A DNA stretch of 59,534 nt, counting the filler, from Ionaspis alba (lineage: Eukaryota): the NCBI GenBank assembly GCA_964255285.1. It is 9 parts of 9 records of this genome, joined end to end, with 100 filler letters (N's around TTAATTAATTAA, not from the genome) between each part and the next. Parts side by side here need not be neighbours in the genome. Positions count along the whole stretch, not along the records: positions 1 to 6,602 come from CAXUUL010000907.1; positions 6,703 to 13,301 come from CAXUUL010000908.1; 7 more parts are not named here. The stretch is one strand, 5' to 3'. The translations under genes and the position numbers were made by a program. The notes below the pieces were generated by a model. The model searched no databases. It worked only from the letters and a program-made list of their open reading frames with translations, and had not been told where the DNA came from. Positions 1 to 11,193 of the stretch are shown one piece after another. Position 1 is the first letter of the stretch. Every line of letters starts with the position of its first letter.

Positions 1-173
1 TGGAGACGGTGGGTGAGAGGAGCGAGAGGATACAGAGGGAGAGGGCGGAGAGGATCCAGGGGAGGAGGGGTGGGGCGTGATGGTACGGTGGATGTGGGAG
101 AGTTGTGGGAGTTTACGATTTGGGAATTTTGAATGTTGCTATGGGATATCGACGTTGGACATTGTCGGATCAT
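1..173 (-). CDS. Possible 5' fragment of a membrane or secreted protein, truncated at the window edge
   Basis: ATG at 173 opens a frame running off the edge: MIRQCPTSISHSNIQNSQIVNSHNSPTSTVPSRPTPPPWILSALSLCILSLLSPTVS. It ends in a hydrophobic stretch. No family recognised. Confidence 0.25.
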   Translation of the reverse strand, partial: MIRQCPTSISHSNIQNSQIVNSHNSPTSTVPSRPTPPPLDPLRPLPLYPLAPLTHRL

Positions 174-652
174 CTACTGGTCTTGGACACTCGATGATTT
201 TGCAGTGGAGAACATAGTGCAAATCTGGAAAGAAGACTTCCAAAAGTGGATATCTTCCAATGCATTGTTCAATCACAAGTTGCTATGGTGGTTGAAAGGA
301 CTGTATCCCGCCCCTGTTTCCCTTTGATAATCCCTCCGACTCCTCCCATTAATTAGTTGTCGACCATAATGTCGACTTTTGTCCTTCGGTGGACAAAACT
401 TTTGTTGCTGTCGAAAGAACTCGCTGGAAATGCTGGACTCGCTAAGATTCGGACATGAAGGAGTGACACACGCTATGCATTACTCTGGGAAGGGATGAGG
501 AGAACAAATTTGGCGTTATGAAAGGAGCGTCCGTGTGCTTCGCTGAGTTATTAGTGATGGTGTTTCAGGGGATGTCGCCACCATAATGAGGAAGTCTGGC
601 GTGCTTCGTGGTTCAATTGCGGTATGGTTGGTCGTGGAGATGGGTAGGTCGT

Positions 653-1391
653 TCAGAGGAGAATAGCAAAGCCAGCAAAAAGGCCGAGGAAAACAAAGCC
701 AAATCCGTATGTCTGTCCGAAGCCAATGGCAACGGTATTGGCACCATTTGTCCCGACGCTACCGCCGGTGCTGGCAGAAGTGGCAGCAGGTCCGGCAAAC
801 CCGGTCACGTCTGCGGTATTGGCTGCGTCTGTGCCAGTACCTGCTGCTGCTGTTGTGGATGTCATAGAGCTTGTTGTAACGGTTGTGAGATTCACTCGTG
901 TAGGGTTTTGAGCACCACAAGGATGATTCGTGCGGCATGCGGTCACGCAGGCATTGTCGTTTGTGCCGCAGTTCTTTGCACATTGGTCGTTGAAGGTTGT
1001 GCACTCGAAGTAGGGAATGGTCTGGGAGAATTCGGATGCATTGGGTTGGAGGCCATTGTTGCAGATGCAGGTGAAGCTGAGAGTGACCTGACAAGGGATT
1101 AGTATGGGAGACTGTCGAAGAGAGTTGATAGGCTTGTCTTACAGGATCACAATTGTTTTCAGTAGGGTATCCGGTAGATCCCTTGGTCTGATCACAGAGC
1201 AGAGGACACGAGGCTTCCTGTGTCGTACACCATGTTTCTGATTTTATTGTTAGATGGAAGTTGAGCAGGATTTGACGGAGAGATGACTGACTCCTTGTAC
1301 CAAGATCAACGCTGTTCGGATCGATGGCTTGAGAGGCAACAAGTTTGAGAAGGCCCGCAACGACGATGGCGGCAGATTTGAACGAAGGCAT
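653..1391 (-). CDS. Cys-rich secreted GPI-anchored cell-wall protein (3 exons: 1391-1292, 1237-1143, 1087-653)
   Basis: Signal peptide MPSFKSAAIVVAGLLKLVAS. Cys-rich domain (WCTTQEASCPLLC...CICNNGLQPNASEFSQTIPYFEC...C..NC...NACVTACRTNHPCG), then a Ser/Thr-rich linker and a hydrophobic C-terminal GPI-type signal. Introns GTCAGT..CTAAC..CAG and GTAAGA..CTAAT..CAG keep frame. Confidence 0.85.
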
Positions 1392-2222
1392 GATGAAAGT
1401 TTCAATATGTTTCCTGCTGAACTGGATGGAGTCTAGGATGATTATGAGCGACGAAGCTTCTTGAATGTAAGAAGTAATAGATGATTCTAGCCTGCAGGAT
1501 TCGTGGGGAGGTGGACTTGTCCGGCGTAAAGATTCCGGACCAACGTTGGGGAGGGAGGAGTGGAGACTTACGAAATGTTTATGTGCTTAAGTTTCTGGCT
1601 GGGGAGGACGGAGCGAAAGACTTCAGTTGGGATGAAGGAGAAGGGAGAGTGAACAGTACAGAAGGACCGAAAGAACAGATGAGAAGATGTATGAAGAAAT
1701 AGATGTGTTCGATGAAGGAGAAGAAGAAGAAGCAACGAGAGAACGAAGAAGGTGTACGGAGTCAAGGAGTGAAAAAGAGGCTGGTGCACATACTCTGGTG
1801 CATAACGAAAACGAAGCAAAACGATAAGAAAGCCCCCCGGAATCCCGACCTGCCCCCACCCATGATCCCAGCGGGGACACTAATCACTCTAGCTGATCCT
1901 GGTCTAGCCTCCCATTGGCTCTTACTCGATTGAGCGGATCTCGGGTCGTCGGCTGGCCTGTGCTCCATTTCGTGGCGCCAATTTCGTTCACAAGCCAGAC
2001 TCTTGGCACGTTCCAGCTTCCCTTTATCAAAGGGGCAACGCAAGCGAATGGCCCATTTCCCATATCAAGTGATCATCTAAATCCAACCTATCATGTCATC
2101 ACATCCCATCAACGTGTGGCGGCAACTTTAATGTGAAGAACCAGAAAAAAGGAGGCATCACCTGCAGCTCGAAGCTTCATTATTACTACTGCTACTGTTG
2201 TCCCAAACGTTGCAATCCATGG

Positions 2223-3069
2223 ATGGATCCTCGGGACCCTCATCTCCTAACCCCAAACCCTAATCCTCCTAATGGGGAGGTCACGGCCAAGGCCAAAGCC
2301 ACAACTGTCGTCCCTCCCTATTGGCAGCAGCATCAACGACAGGCCTCCCATGCCTCTATCATCAGTAATGGGAAACCTCCTCCCATAAGTCTTGAAGACC
2401 ATACCGAGGAACCCGAGGGTATTTCCAGTCCACTATGGGCCAAAGTCGTTTCGATTGAGAGTCATGTTCTTGTTTCGGGGAATGTTCCGGGCGTTGGCGA
2501 TTATGTTGTTTGGATATGTCGCGTTGAGACCCTCGATGTTAGTTCTGTGCATCATTGTCCTTATTGCTGCTGGAATATTGCTTTCTGAATGCTTTCTGAA
2601 TGCTTTCTGAATGCTTTCTGCTCTGCGATGTGATTATGCTGAATCGTTCCCAGGGCGGCTCTATGACCATACGGAAAAGGTGGATTTCATTGTCTCCTTG
2701 GACTGGTGGAAATTGTCTGTTGATTCTTATATACAGATACTCGGAGTTCGAAGCTTTACGAGCCAAACTGGCCATGACATTTCCCAGAGCTGGAACTTCA
2801 CTACCTCCTTTGCCCCCCAAAAGCATCATCTGTAAGGCTTCCACCTCTGTCTCTATGGGTGGAAGGGCCAGCATTGACATACGCTCCCAGACAAGTTTCG
2901 TCCTGACTTTTTGGAAAAGCGGAGGATTGGTCTAGCATATTTCATGAAGTACGATTTCAACAGTTTCACGATGACATGCACTATCACTGATTGAAATACT
3001 CCCAGCTGCGTACTATTGAATCCGGAGTTTTCTGGATCTCCAGTGCTGAAGGAGTTTATCTTCAATTGA
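2223..3069 (+). CDS. YPT35: PX-domain endosomal/vacuolar adaptor Ypt35 (exons 2223-2537, 2654-2679, 2737-2831, 2891-2948, 3006-3069)
   Basis: The spliced product contains GDYVVWICRVETLDGGSMTIRKRYSEFEALRAKLAMTFP..LPPLPPKSIIYKFRPDFLEKRRIGLAYFMNCVLLNPEFSGSPVLKEF, a Ypt35-type PX domain. All four introns are GT-AG and frame-consistent. Confidence 0.85.
2579..2620. repeat. 11-bp tandem repeat (TGCTTTCTGAA), about 3.8 copies, in YPT35 intron 1
   Basis: Seen directly: tgctttctgaa tgctttctgaa tgctttctgaa tgctttctg. Confidence 0.9.
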
Positions 3070-3240
3070 TGAAGAAATTGCAGCTNNNNNNNNNNNNNNN
3101 NNNNNNNNNNNNNNNNNNNNNNNNNNNNNNNNNNNNNNNNNNNNNNNNNNNNNNNNNNNNNNNNNNNNNNNNNNNNNNNNNNNNNTCTGGATCTCCAGTG
3201 CTGAAGGAGTTTATCTTCAATTGATGAAGAAATTGCAGCT
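3031..3240. other. 100-N scaffold gap (3086-3185) flanked by an exact 55-bp duplication; likely assembler k-mer overlap artefact
   Basis: 3031-3085 is identical to 3186-3240. Confidence 0.85.
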
Positions 3241-3623
3241 ACTGGTATAATGTCTAATCAATTGACGAGAGGACAGTAGTTCAGCCAAAGGGTGTGTCTA
3301 ATGGCAATGAGAATGGTCTCCGATTATTTCATGTGGAAATGACATGAGAGACACGGGAAATTCAACACTTCAATTCGTGAGTACTACTTCAAGGATGACA
3401 GTCGTAGTTGCCGCAAACCCCCTGAAGGACTCACTGATGCGAAGCTCCAGAGGCTTTTCGGCTATCGTAGTACGTAGGAAGAAAAAATGTTTGCGAGTGA
3501 TCACCACCATGAGATTGATCTTACAGTTTGTTTCCCATCCAATAAACGCGACTTTCAACTTATTCAAAATATGCACAAACCCTTATAGATGATATACAAT
3601 GCTCATCGATATATTTCAACACA

Positions 3624-5228
3624 ATGGCCGGCAATTCAAGGCCTTCTCTTCGCTCCTCATTGCGACAAAATTCTGGTCTCCATGACACATCTCCGACCGT
3701 CGGCCATCACCACCCAAGATCCCACCTCACAGCCACCCATCTAGGGAAGCGCGCACACGATTCCATCTCCACCAATTGCGATCCAAAACTCACCAAGAAA
3801 CAGAAGCTGGACGGCAGCGACTTGCGACTACGATCGAAAGAACAAACAACGCGCAATCACGTCTCAAGGTCCTTCGTTGCTCCGCCTCCTCCTCTTTCAC
3901 CTTCGAACAAATCGTCATCGCTTGCCGTAACGCATTCATTGGCGACCTCCACTCTTCCTACCCGTATCGCTGGCGCTGTGCAACCACTTGCCGATGGCAC
4001 AATCATCACCAACGGCAATTCACATACTGGTCATGCAGATATACCACTCGTGAATGGTTCCCTTGGGCATCATGGTGGGAAGGTTGAGACCACGGTGAAA
4101 GCCGTTGATAAACGCGCCTTGAGATCTCAAGATGGAGGCTCGCGATCCAAGAGCGAGCTTTCACTATACTTTCCCAACTATGAAGAGCTCATCGGGAATG
4201 AACCGAAAGAGCCAGGTAAGCCTTACTTCACTGACCAGATCGTCATGACAAAACCTTACTGACGACCTCCAGAGTTCTTGACCGCTAGCACGCGACTCCT
4301 CATCACAGACGAAAATCCCAAACAGCTCAAATCCGCCTCTTCAAGCACACTATACTCCTCACCAGCCCACGTCCCTCCAATACCATCTTCACCAATAAGA
4401 CTCGTCAATGGCACCACCCAAACCCCAACTTCACCCTCACCAGTCCTTCCCCCTTCCCCCACAACCTTCACCAAGCTCGACTTCTCCACCGTCCCCACCT
4501 CCAATGATGCCAATCCCCTACCCGACACCCTCTACAACCCCTCCCACCGGCGTTCCGAGCGCCGCGAAAAACAACTCCGCAACATCGAAAAAGAGCGCGC
4601 CCAGCACGAAAAAGTCCAACTCGAGCGCCTCCTCCAAGGCCTCCTCTCCCACGACTGGCTGCGCGTGATGGGAATAAGCGGTATCACGGACAGCGAACGC
4701 AAGCTCTACGAGCCCAAACGCGATTACTTCGTCAAAGAGGTGAGGGCGCTGATTGCGAAGTTTCGCCGCTGGAAGGAGGAGGAGAAGAGGAGGAAGGTCG
4801 AGAAGGATGTCAGTGCGAAGGCGGAGAGCGAGGAGGTGGAGGATGGCGAGGGCAGTGTGGGTCTGGATGGAGCAGCGGACTTGAGAAGTGGCGATGTTGA
4901 TGCGCTTGCCGAGTTGCAATTGCATAATGAGTCCCTGTCTGCGGCGACGCATCCTAAGTCTCGACACTCTTCCGGTACCGCGACTAACACGGTTCTGCCA
5001 CCCCCGATTGAGAAGCCCTTCACTTCTTTCTTCAAAAAGAAGTACGTGCGCGATGCGGCGCTTGGGAAGCATAGGAGGGGCAGGACGAGATTCGCTTTCG
5101 GTCATCCGGTGCCGACTTTGGAGGAGAAGGATTTTGCGTTGCCGAGGGGCTGGTTGACGGAGGAGGCTATTAGGGCTAGTCGGAGACGGGGGAGGAGAGT
5201 TAGGAGGGGAAGAGGAGAGGGCGAGTGA
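3624..5228 (+). CDS. SAS4: SAS histone acetyltransferase complex subunit Sas4 (exons 3624-4215, 4273-5228)
   Basis: SAS4-type region LPDTLYNPSHRRSERREKQLRNIEKERAQHEKVQLERLLQGLLSHDWLRVMGISGIT...KRDYFVKEVRALIAKFRRWKEEEKRRK. Intron GTAAGC..CTGAC..CAG joins the two ORFs in frame. Confidence 0.85.
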
Positions 5229-5903
5229 GATCTCGTATCGAGAGTATGAGAGAGAGCTTGGGATTGGGGATGGCTGTGTGCTAGGTAGCTCAAGGCTTGT
5301 GCTTTCGAGCAATGCTGGAATGGGGCTGGTGAGAGTGTTGATTGTATTATAGCGTCTGCGAGATAGAAGAAGAGCTGTGGATGAACGACGGCATGGAGCT
5401 TAAGGAATGGTGTATATATTCTCGACTTGCTTTCTTGGTCGTACTGAAATGGCAACTATACAGCACCGCTTGCATATCACTATCATCTCCGGAGCATGGT
5501 GTCCGACGACAGGCACGAATGGAAAACATCGAGTTCTTTTGCGTAGCATGCCAGAACAAGTACAGAGACGAATGGGAATGACTCTCAGCTTAATTTGGTG
5601 CGTTGGCGAACAGAAACATCTGAAAGAGAGATGAATCGAAAGTAAAGCAAAGAAACCGTTCGAAGTTGATTCTACTAGGCGACCAGCACCGGCTCTATCC
5701 ATCTAATCATAGGCCATCTTCCTCTCTATGCATGCTAAATGCCCCTTTCTGTACAATGATGCACCGTCCAAGCCCTTTCATTATCTCCCGTTGTTGAAGC
5801 CTGGCCGTGCCAGACAGCCGTGTTCTCCTCGTGCACGCTTTTGACACCTCTGCCATTTCACAACCGTTCCTTCTACTAGCCAGGACACGGTCCCTAATTC
5901 CCA

Positions 5904-6602
5904 TTAAGCACTCTTCTTGGCCTCCCCATTTGCCACGTGCTTCCCCTCTCTCTTCTGCCCTGGCGCAGATTTATCCGTGATCGTCAGACAGTTGATCCCA
6001 AGATAGCTGCAGATGCTATTGATAACCAGCAGCGCCCACCGGAAGTACGCCACAGCCGCAAACAAAAAGTACCCTCTCAGATACCATACCTCCAGTCTCG
6101 CACTACACGCTGGGCCCCCCACAACCGGCAAATTCGCCATCACGGCTCCACCCACCAACGGTACAAGCATAACAGTCCAGTACGGAAACGGCTGCCGCGT
6201 CAAATGCGCCAGAATGATCTTCGTCGTCATCCTGCCGAACACAAAGGCCATAGTCACACAAAACAGCACCAGCCGTTCATCCCTCAGTAGATGCGAGTAC
6301 GGCGACCCGAGCCAGGCAGCGCAGGCGACGGAGAATATGACGATGGGCGTCCATTCGAGGAAGACGGGGGCGAGTGGGAGGTTCTGCGAGCGTCGGGCGC
6401 GAGCGACGTTCAGAATGCAGAAGGGGAGGTGGGCGGTGAAGAAGGAGAAGAAGATTATGGGGATCCAGAGGTCTTGAAATGTGGTGTCAGGCGAGAGTAG
6501 GGGGAGGGGACCGGTTAGTGTGCTGATGGAGTAGGTCCAGATTAGTGGCGTGTAGTGGCCGGAAAGGAGCATGAGGGTGCATGCTAGGATGAGTCCTTCT
6601 GT
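5904..6602 (-). CDS. EPT1: Choline/ethanolamine phosphotransferase (CDP-alcohol phosphatidyltransferase), 3' part, truncated by contig end
   Basis: TEGLILACTLMLLSG at the contig edge, FGRMTTKIILAHLTRQPFP, INSICSYLGINCLTI, and multiple TM helices typical of Cpt1/Ept1. Confidence 0.8.
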   Translation of the reverse strand, partial: TEGLILACTLMLLSGHYTPLIWTYSISTLTGPLPLLSPDTTFQDLWIPIIFFSFFTAHLPFCILNVARARRSQNLPLAPVFLEWTPIVIFSVACAAWLGSPYSHLLRDERLVLFCVTMAFVFGRMTTKIILAHLTRQPFPYWTVMLVPLVGGAVMANLPVVGGPACSARLEVWYLRGYFLFAAVAYFRWALLVINSICSYLGINCLTITDKSAPGQKREGKHVANGEAKKSA

Positions 6603-6702
6603 NNNNNNNNNNNNNNNNNNNNNNNNNNNNNNNNNNNNNNNNNNNNTTAATTAATTAANNNNNNNNNNNNNNNNNNNNNNNNNNNNNNNNNNNNNNNNNN
6701 NN
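6603..6702. other. Artificial contig linker with six-frame stops
   Basis: N44-TTAATTAATTAA-N44. Confidence 0.97.
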
Positions 6703-6717
6703 ATTCTCTTGATCACT

Positions 6718-8043
6718 ATGGAGCCAGGCTTAGTAGCAGCAGCCTACACGGCTGAGACAGCCGTTGAGGGTACGGTTGGTGCAGCTGTGGCAATTGCGAA
6801 GCCCACCATGCCATTGAGAGCCACCTTCCATAAAATACCCACAAGCAATCCTCTGCCTCGCTCCTCCCACAGTCTTTCAGTCATCAAAGGACGAGCATTC
6901 ATTTTCGGTGGCGAAGTCAAACCAAGAGAGCCAGTCGATAATGCAGTCCACGTTTACACGTTACCTTCGTCTAGTGTCGCGGAGGCAGACTACAAGGTGG
7001 TCCCTGCAAAACCTAGGACTGCGGGTGGAGATGTGCCGGCGCCTCGTGTGGGCCATATTGGAGTATCAATTTCTGACCGCATCTATGTGTTTGGTGGGCG
7101 TGGCGGGCCAGATATGAAACCGTTGGAAGAGAAGGGAAGGGTTTGGGTCTTCGATACCATGTCCAATACTTGGGCCTACCATGACCCCGTCGAGGGCACC
7201 CCATATCCTGAGGCACGCTCATACCACGTAGCTACCGCCAGTGAACACCCTTTACCGAACAAGGGCGACCACACCATGAATCCTGTTGGTACTCCAGACC
7301 TTGAGGCCCACGGTACGATATTCATACACGGTGGTTGTCCGGTCTCAGGTAGAGTAGCAGATCTCTGGTCGTTTGATGTAGCTGCGAGCACGTGGTCGAA
7401 GTATCCTGACGCTCCCGGACCTCCTCGAGGTGGTCCTGCCTTGGCCCTGACTCAGAACCGCCTATACAGATTTGGAGGATTTGATGGTACCTCTGAACTT
7501 GGTGGACAGATTGATTACCTTGAGATCGCTGTCTCGACGTTTGACGATCAGAGTGGTAAGGGAGAGCTAGCATTGTCCTTGCGAAATGGAAAATGGGAAA
7601 CCGTCAAGTTCGGCAAAGACGCTCCTGGGCCTGGCAACCGCAGCGTTGCAGGGCTTCAGCCTGTGACAACCGGTCAAGGGCGTAACTATCTTGTCTTATT
7701 CCTGGGCGAACGAGATGCCAGCTCCAAAGGTCATGAAGGTGCTGGAAAGTTCTGGGATGATGTGTGGGCTTTTCAGTTGCGTCCTACAAGTATGACTGCC
7801 GCAAGCTTCAAAGATGCCACCAGGCTGCTTGTGGGTGCAAGGACCGCAGAGGATACTTGGGCTCCTGTAGAAATACCAGAATCTACCAAGACTGAGGGAC
7901 AGAGTGCTCATCCTGGTCCAAGAGGTTGGTTTGCGAGTGCTCAAGGCAGTGATATGGATGTGGGCAGCATTGTGCTTTGGGGTGGCGTGAATGGAAAGAA
8001 CGAACGTGAAGGAGATGGATGGATATTGACCGTCGATTCATGA
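6718..8043 (+). CDS. Kelch-repeat beta-propeller, nitrile-specifier protein (NSP5)-like
   Basis: Intronless 441-aa ORF from ATG 6718. Repeated Kelch blades (PRSSH..IFGG, PRVGH..VFGG, ARSYH..IHGG, PRGG..FGG) plus GERDASSKGHEGAGKF and PGPRGWF motifs resembling plant specifier-protein homologues. Confidence 0.8.
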   Translation: MEPGLVAAAYTAETAVEGTVGAAVAIAKPTMPLRATFHKIPTSNPLPRSSHSLSVIKGRAFIFGGEVKPREPVDNAVHVYTLPSSSVAEADYKVVPAKPRTAGGDVPAPRVGHIGVSISDRIYVFGGRGGPDMKPLEEKGRVWVFDTMSNTWAYHDPVEGTPYPEARSYHVATASEHPLPNKGDHTMNPVGTPDLEAHGTIFIHGGCPVSGRVADLWSFDVAASTWSKYPDAPGPPRGGPALALTQNRLYRFGGFDGTSELGGQIDYLEIAVSTFDDQSGKGELALSLRNGKWETVKFGKDAPGPGNRSVAGLQPVTTGQGRNYLVLFLGERDASSKGHEGAGKFWDDVWAFQLRPTSMTAASFKDATRLLVGARTAEDTWAPVEIPESTKTEGQSAHPGPRGWFASAQGSDMDVGSIVLWGGVNGKNEREGDGWILTVDS

Positions 8044-8389
8044 TCGGTCGCCCAGTGGACTTGTAAGGCAGCAATATAGTGTCACAACCTGGAGGAATAC
8101 CCCATGACTATTCTTTTGAGTGGAAGGAGACTCGTGAGGATTGGAGGTTGGCAGGGCATGTGCACGGAAGACTTCTGTTCCCCTATCACGCAAGAGCATA
8201 ACGGGATGCACTTTCCAAATTTCAATCATCTTGTTATTATCCGTCATAACTTCGGGAGCAGAATGATTCTGGAATCTCTCCGTGTTTGGTTACTGTCATC
8301 CTTATTCGCGAGTATTCCTATGACTTTGGCTGGTCCAGGTCTTCCTGATATTCATCGTTTTCCTAGTTTTAAGGGCTAGTCAAACTAGT

Positions 8390-10831
8390 ATGGACGCTCA
8401 ACCAGCATCACCTAGACAGTCTAAGAGACACCTGGGAGAACGACCGAGGAATACTCGAGTCGTCACGTCACCATACCTCGGACAACGACGTCCTTCTAAC
8501 CAGATCCATCGACCTCAAGATCCAGCATCCCCAGTCCCTAGGCCGCCCTCCCCATTCCCCTTCTCCATCTCACCGCCGCTTCCGAGCAGTCTTCAAAGTA
8601 GTCCTGGATCGCAATACCTCAGCCCGCCACTGGTTGACTCAGAAGGAGAAACTTTACCCTACGTACCTGGACCTAATGATCTCATCAGTCTCGATTTGCA
8701 TGCCACTCGGTTGCACAGGAAGAATTCCAGACGTCGAGGCGATAGTCGTTCGACCACGGGAGATGGCTACGAAACTCGGCCGCGACGATTGTACTCCATA
8801 AGTGAAGGACTCAGCGGAAGTACGACGGTATTCGGTCGTGTGCCTTCTCCAAGCGATGATGGCGATAGCGAATTTGAGGACACCGAAGAGACTAGCCTGC
8901 TTGCATCGTCTAATTCCATTGAGGTCAACGAATCAGCAAATGCAGGTCCGCACAAGACATCCAAAGCGTCCAGAAATCGCTACTTTCGCAAGGATGCGAG
9001 CTCTTCTGCACTCAAGAATTATCCTCGAGGCGAGAGACTTGATCGCCGATCCACTATTGCATCGCCCAGCGAGAGATTAAGGCAAGGAGACTTTGTACCA
9101 AGAAGCATGGCCCCCATTCAATCGCCTACAAAGGCATACGCCAGAGGATACCCTGCACGCCCAAGTCTGAAGCGGATGTCAATGGATCAAGGAGTAACGC
9201 CAACTTCGCTATATGGTGGTTATGCTCCACAGACCTATTCGTTTCGAATCCAAGGTGGGCGTCGTCTCGGGACAAGATATCGGCGAAACGATACTCCCGC
9301 TTCAATCACTCTGCGAAAGGCCAGCAAACAATATAAATGTGACATAGTCGAGCCCAGAGTTGCAGCTCTAGCAGACTACACAGATGGAATTTCCACGATT
9401 CGTCCCGTGAACCACAGTCCTAATATCAGCGCGAAACCGTCTGGTATCACCACTTCGTCTGTTCGCGGTCTTCCCAACTCAGCCCCGCTTTCAGTGAAAC
9501 AGCTTCTGAATGGCAACTCGACGCCAAACATAGCCACGACGTCTGACATCATTACTGTGCCACCAGTAGGACTACCGGAGGGATTAAAGTTGAAGAGGCA
9601 ACGCAGTGGAGCTGAACCGGCTCTGACGATCGCTGAAATCCATACATCACCCAGAACATTTTCCTTGCCGTGTGCATCACACAGACATTCAAGCTTGGCG
9701 ATTGATACAATGCGCAAGACAAGTGTGGTACAGATCCAATCGGGAGGCAGCGTTCATGAGATTATCTGGGCTGCAGACGACACTCCTAGCAGCTCCACCA
9801 GTCAGCATACTCCTGGACGGAGTGAACATACCTCTAGAAGTGTTAGCAGCACAGAGACTAAGTCAGGTGGATCGAGCCCACCAGCAACGAGCCCGGCTAG
9901 GCACGACACTCTGCGTTCGGAAACTTGCCCACCCGTTGTGCCATCCTTCAATGATCATCATAAGACGCCAGTTGAGATGTTGGAATGGTCCTGGGACATT
10001 CAGCAACCGAGCAGTGAAGAAGGTGCCATGTCCGGACATTTGGCCAACAACCAAAGTGTTGCTTTGGAGAACACGCAAGGACGGAAACGTCGGCCGGGGA
10101 GATGGAGCAAAAAGTGGGCCCCATATTCAGATTCGAACGTGTCCGGTATTGAGTCGTTCCCTCCCCTCCTCGCGCGACTGTCGACTGAACAGTGGCAGAC
10201 AAAACAACCAGTCGACCTCAACGATCCTAATCCGGAGACTCAGATTTCATTACTTGCGGGAGACGAGGCGTCTATTCAATCTGAGCCTATTGGTACTGTG
10301 AATGAAGGAGAAGAAGACTTTGAAATGCCAAAGTCTCCAGAAAGGTCGAAAAGCTTTAAAGTGGGTGCAGGGATCGGAGCGAACTCTCATGTGCGGCGGC
10401 CATCGAGCTCAGTATACCAACAAAGCCCATATGGCTACATGATGGACATCACAAGGACATTATCACGCAAAGCCTCAATCATTCGGCAAAGCTTATCTGG
10501 CCAGCCAGTGTCTACGGACAGAGCAAATTGCAGGAAGGAGAGTACGGTGACTGAGAGAGGGTTACTTCTCTGCCCATCAGCTCCGTGTGCGCACCTGACT
10601 CATTCGATGGGAGGTATAGAAGCGCTCGATGTCTTGACTCCCGAAAGGTCAATTATGCCGCGTGGAAACAGTGCTAAAGTACAGCATTACGTCTCGGACT
10701 CTCCAGACACCGCCCATAACAAACTTCGCTTGGTCCAAGTTGCAGGAGAAGGCGACGATGAGGTCAAGGCTGGTATTTGTAAACGTTGCAAAGCTTACGG
10801 TAGTGCTGCCAGTGTAGATTGGATCTGCTGA
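8390..10831 (+). CDS. Hypothetical Ser/Pro/Arg-rich, largely disordered protein (813 aa)
   Basis: Uninterrupted 2.4-kb ORF. Short ordered-looking islands (RKTSVVQIQSGGSVHEIIW, IESFPPL) and a C-terminal CxxC. No domain recognised. Confidence 0.75.
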   Translation: MDAQPASPRQSKRHLGERPRNTRVVTSPYLGQRRPSNQIHRPQDPASPVPRPPSPFPFSISPPLPSSLQSSPGSQYLSPPLVDSEGETLPYVPGPNDLISLDLHATRLHRKNSRRRGDSRSTTGDGYETRPRRLYSISEGLSGSTTVFGRVPSPSDDGDSEFEDTEETSLLASSNSIEVNESANAGPHKTSKASRNRYFRKDASSSALKNYPRGERLDRRSTIASPSERLRQGDFVPRSMAPIQSPTKAYARGYPARPSLKRMSMDQGVTPTSLYGGYAPQTYSFRIQGGRRLGTRYRRNDTPASITLRKASKQYKCDIVEPRVAALADYTDGISTIRPVNHSPNISAKPSGITTSSVRGLPNSAPLSVKQLLNGNSTPNIATTSDIITVPPVGLPEGLKLKRQRSGAEPALTIAEIHTSPRTFSLPCASHRHSSLAIDTMRKTSVVQIQSGGSVHEIIWAADDTPSSSTSQHTPGRSEHTSRSVSSTETKSGGSSPPATSPARHDTLRSETCPPVVPSFNDHHKTPVEMLEWSWDIQQPSSEEGAMSGHLANNQSVALENTQGRKRRPGRWSKKWAPYSDSNVSGIESFPPLLARLSTEQWQTKQPVDLNDPNPETQISLLAGDEASIQSEPIGTVNEGEEDFEMPKSPERSKSFKVGAGIGANSHVRRPSSSVYQQSPYGYMMDITRTLSRKASIIRQSLSGQPVSTDRANCRKESTVTERGLLLCPSAPCAHLTHSMGGIEALDVLTPERSIMPRGNSAKVQHYVSDSPDTAHNKLRLVQVAGEGDDEVKAGICKRCKAYGSAASVDWIC

Positions 10832-11193
10832 TCCTGTGATGCTGGCGGGAGTTTACGTTAAATCGAAGTGGTCTCGCAAAAAGGCTTCCATCAAGAAATG
10901 TAGGATATGTGCATTCTAAGCTTGGATTGTGAATATCATCGTCGAAATCCCCTCAATTGGTAGAATCTAGGGCAAATCAATCCACGCTTAGCCAAACCAA
11001 GTAGCAAGCGCCACATTTCAGTGCATATGAACCTTCGGAGATGCGCAACGCATCTAGCCGCCGACTTCGAAGCAGTTACTGATGAGCAGTTCGATACCGC
11101 TGCGATGGAGTATAACCTATTCTCACGAAGGTAGCATTTGCACCACGTCTGCCATTATTGAGCGCACCTCTTTTTCCCTCCCCTGCCGACTCG

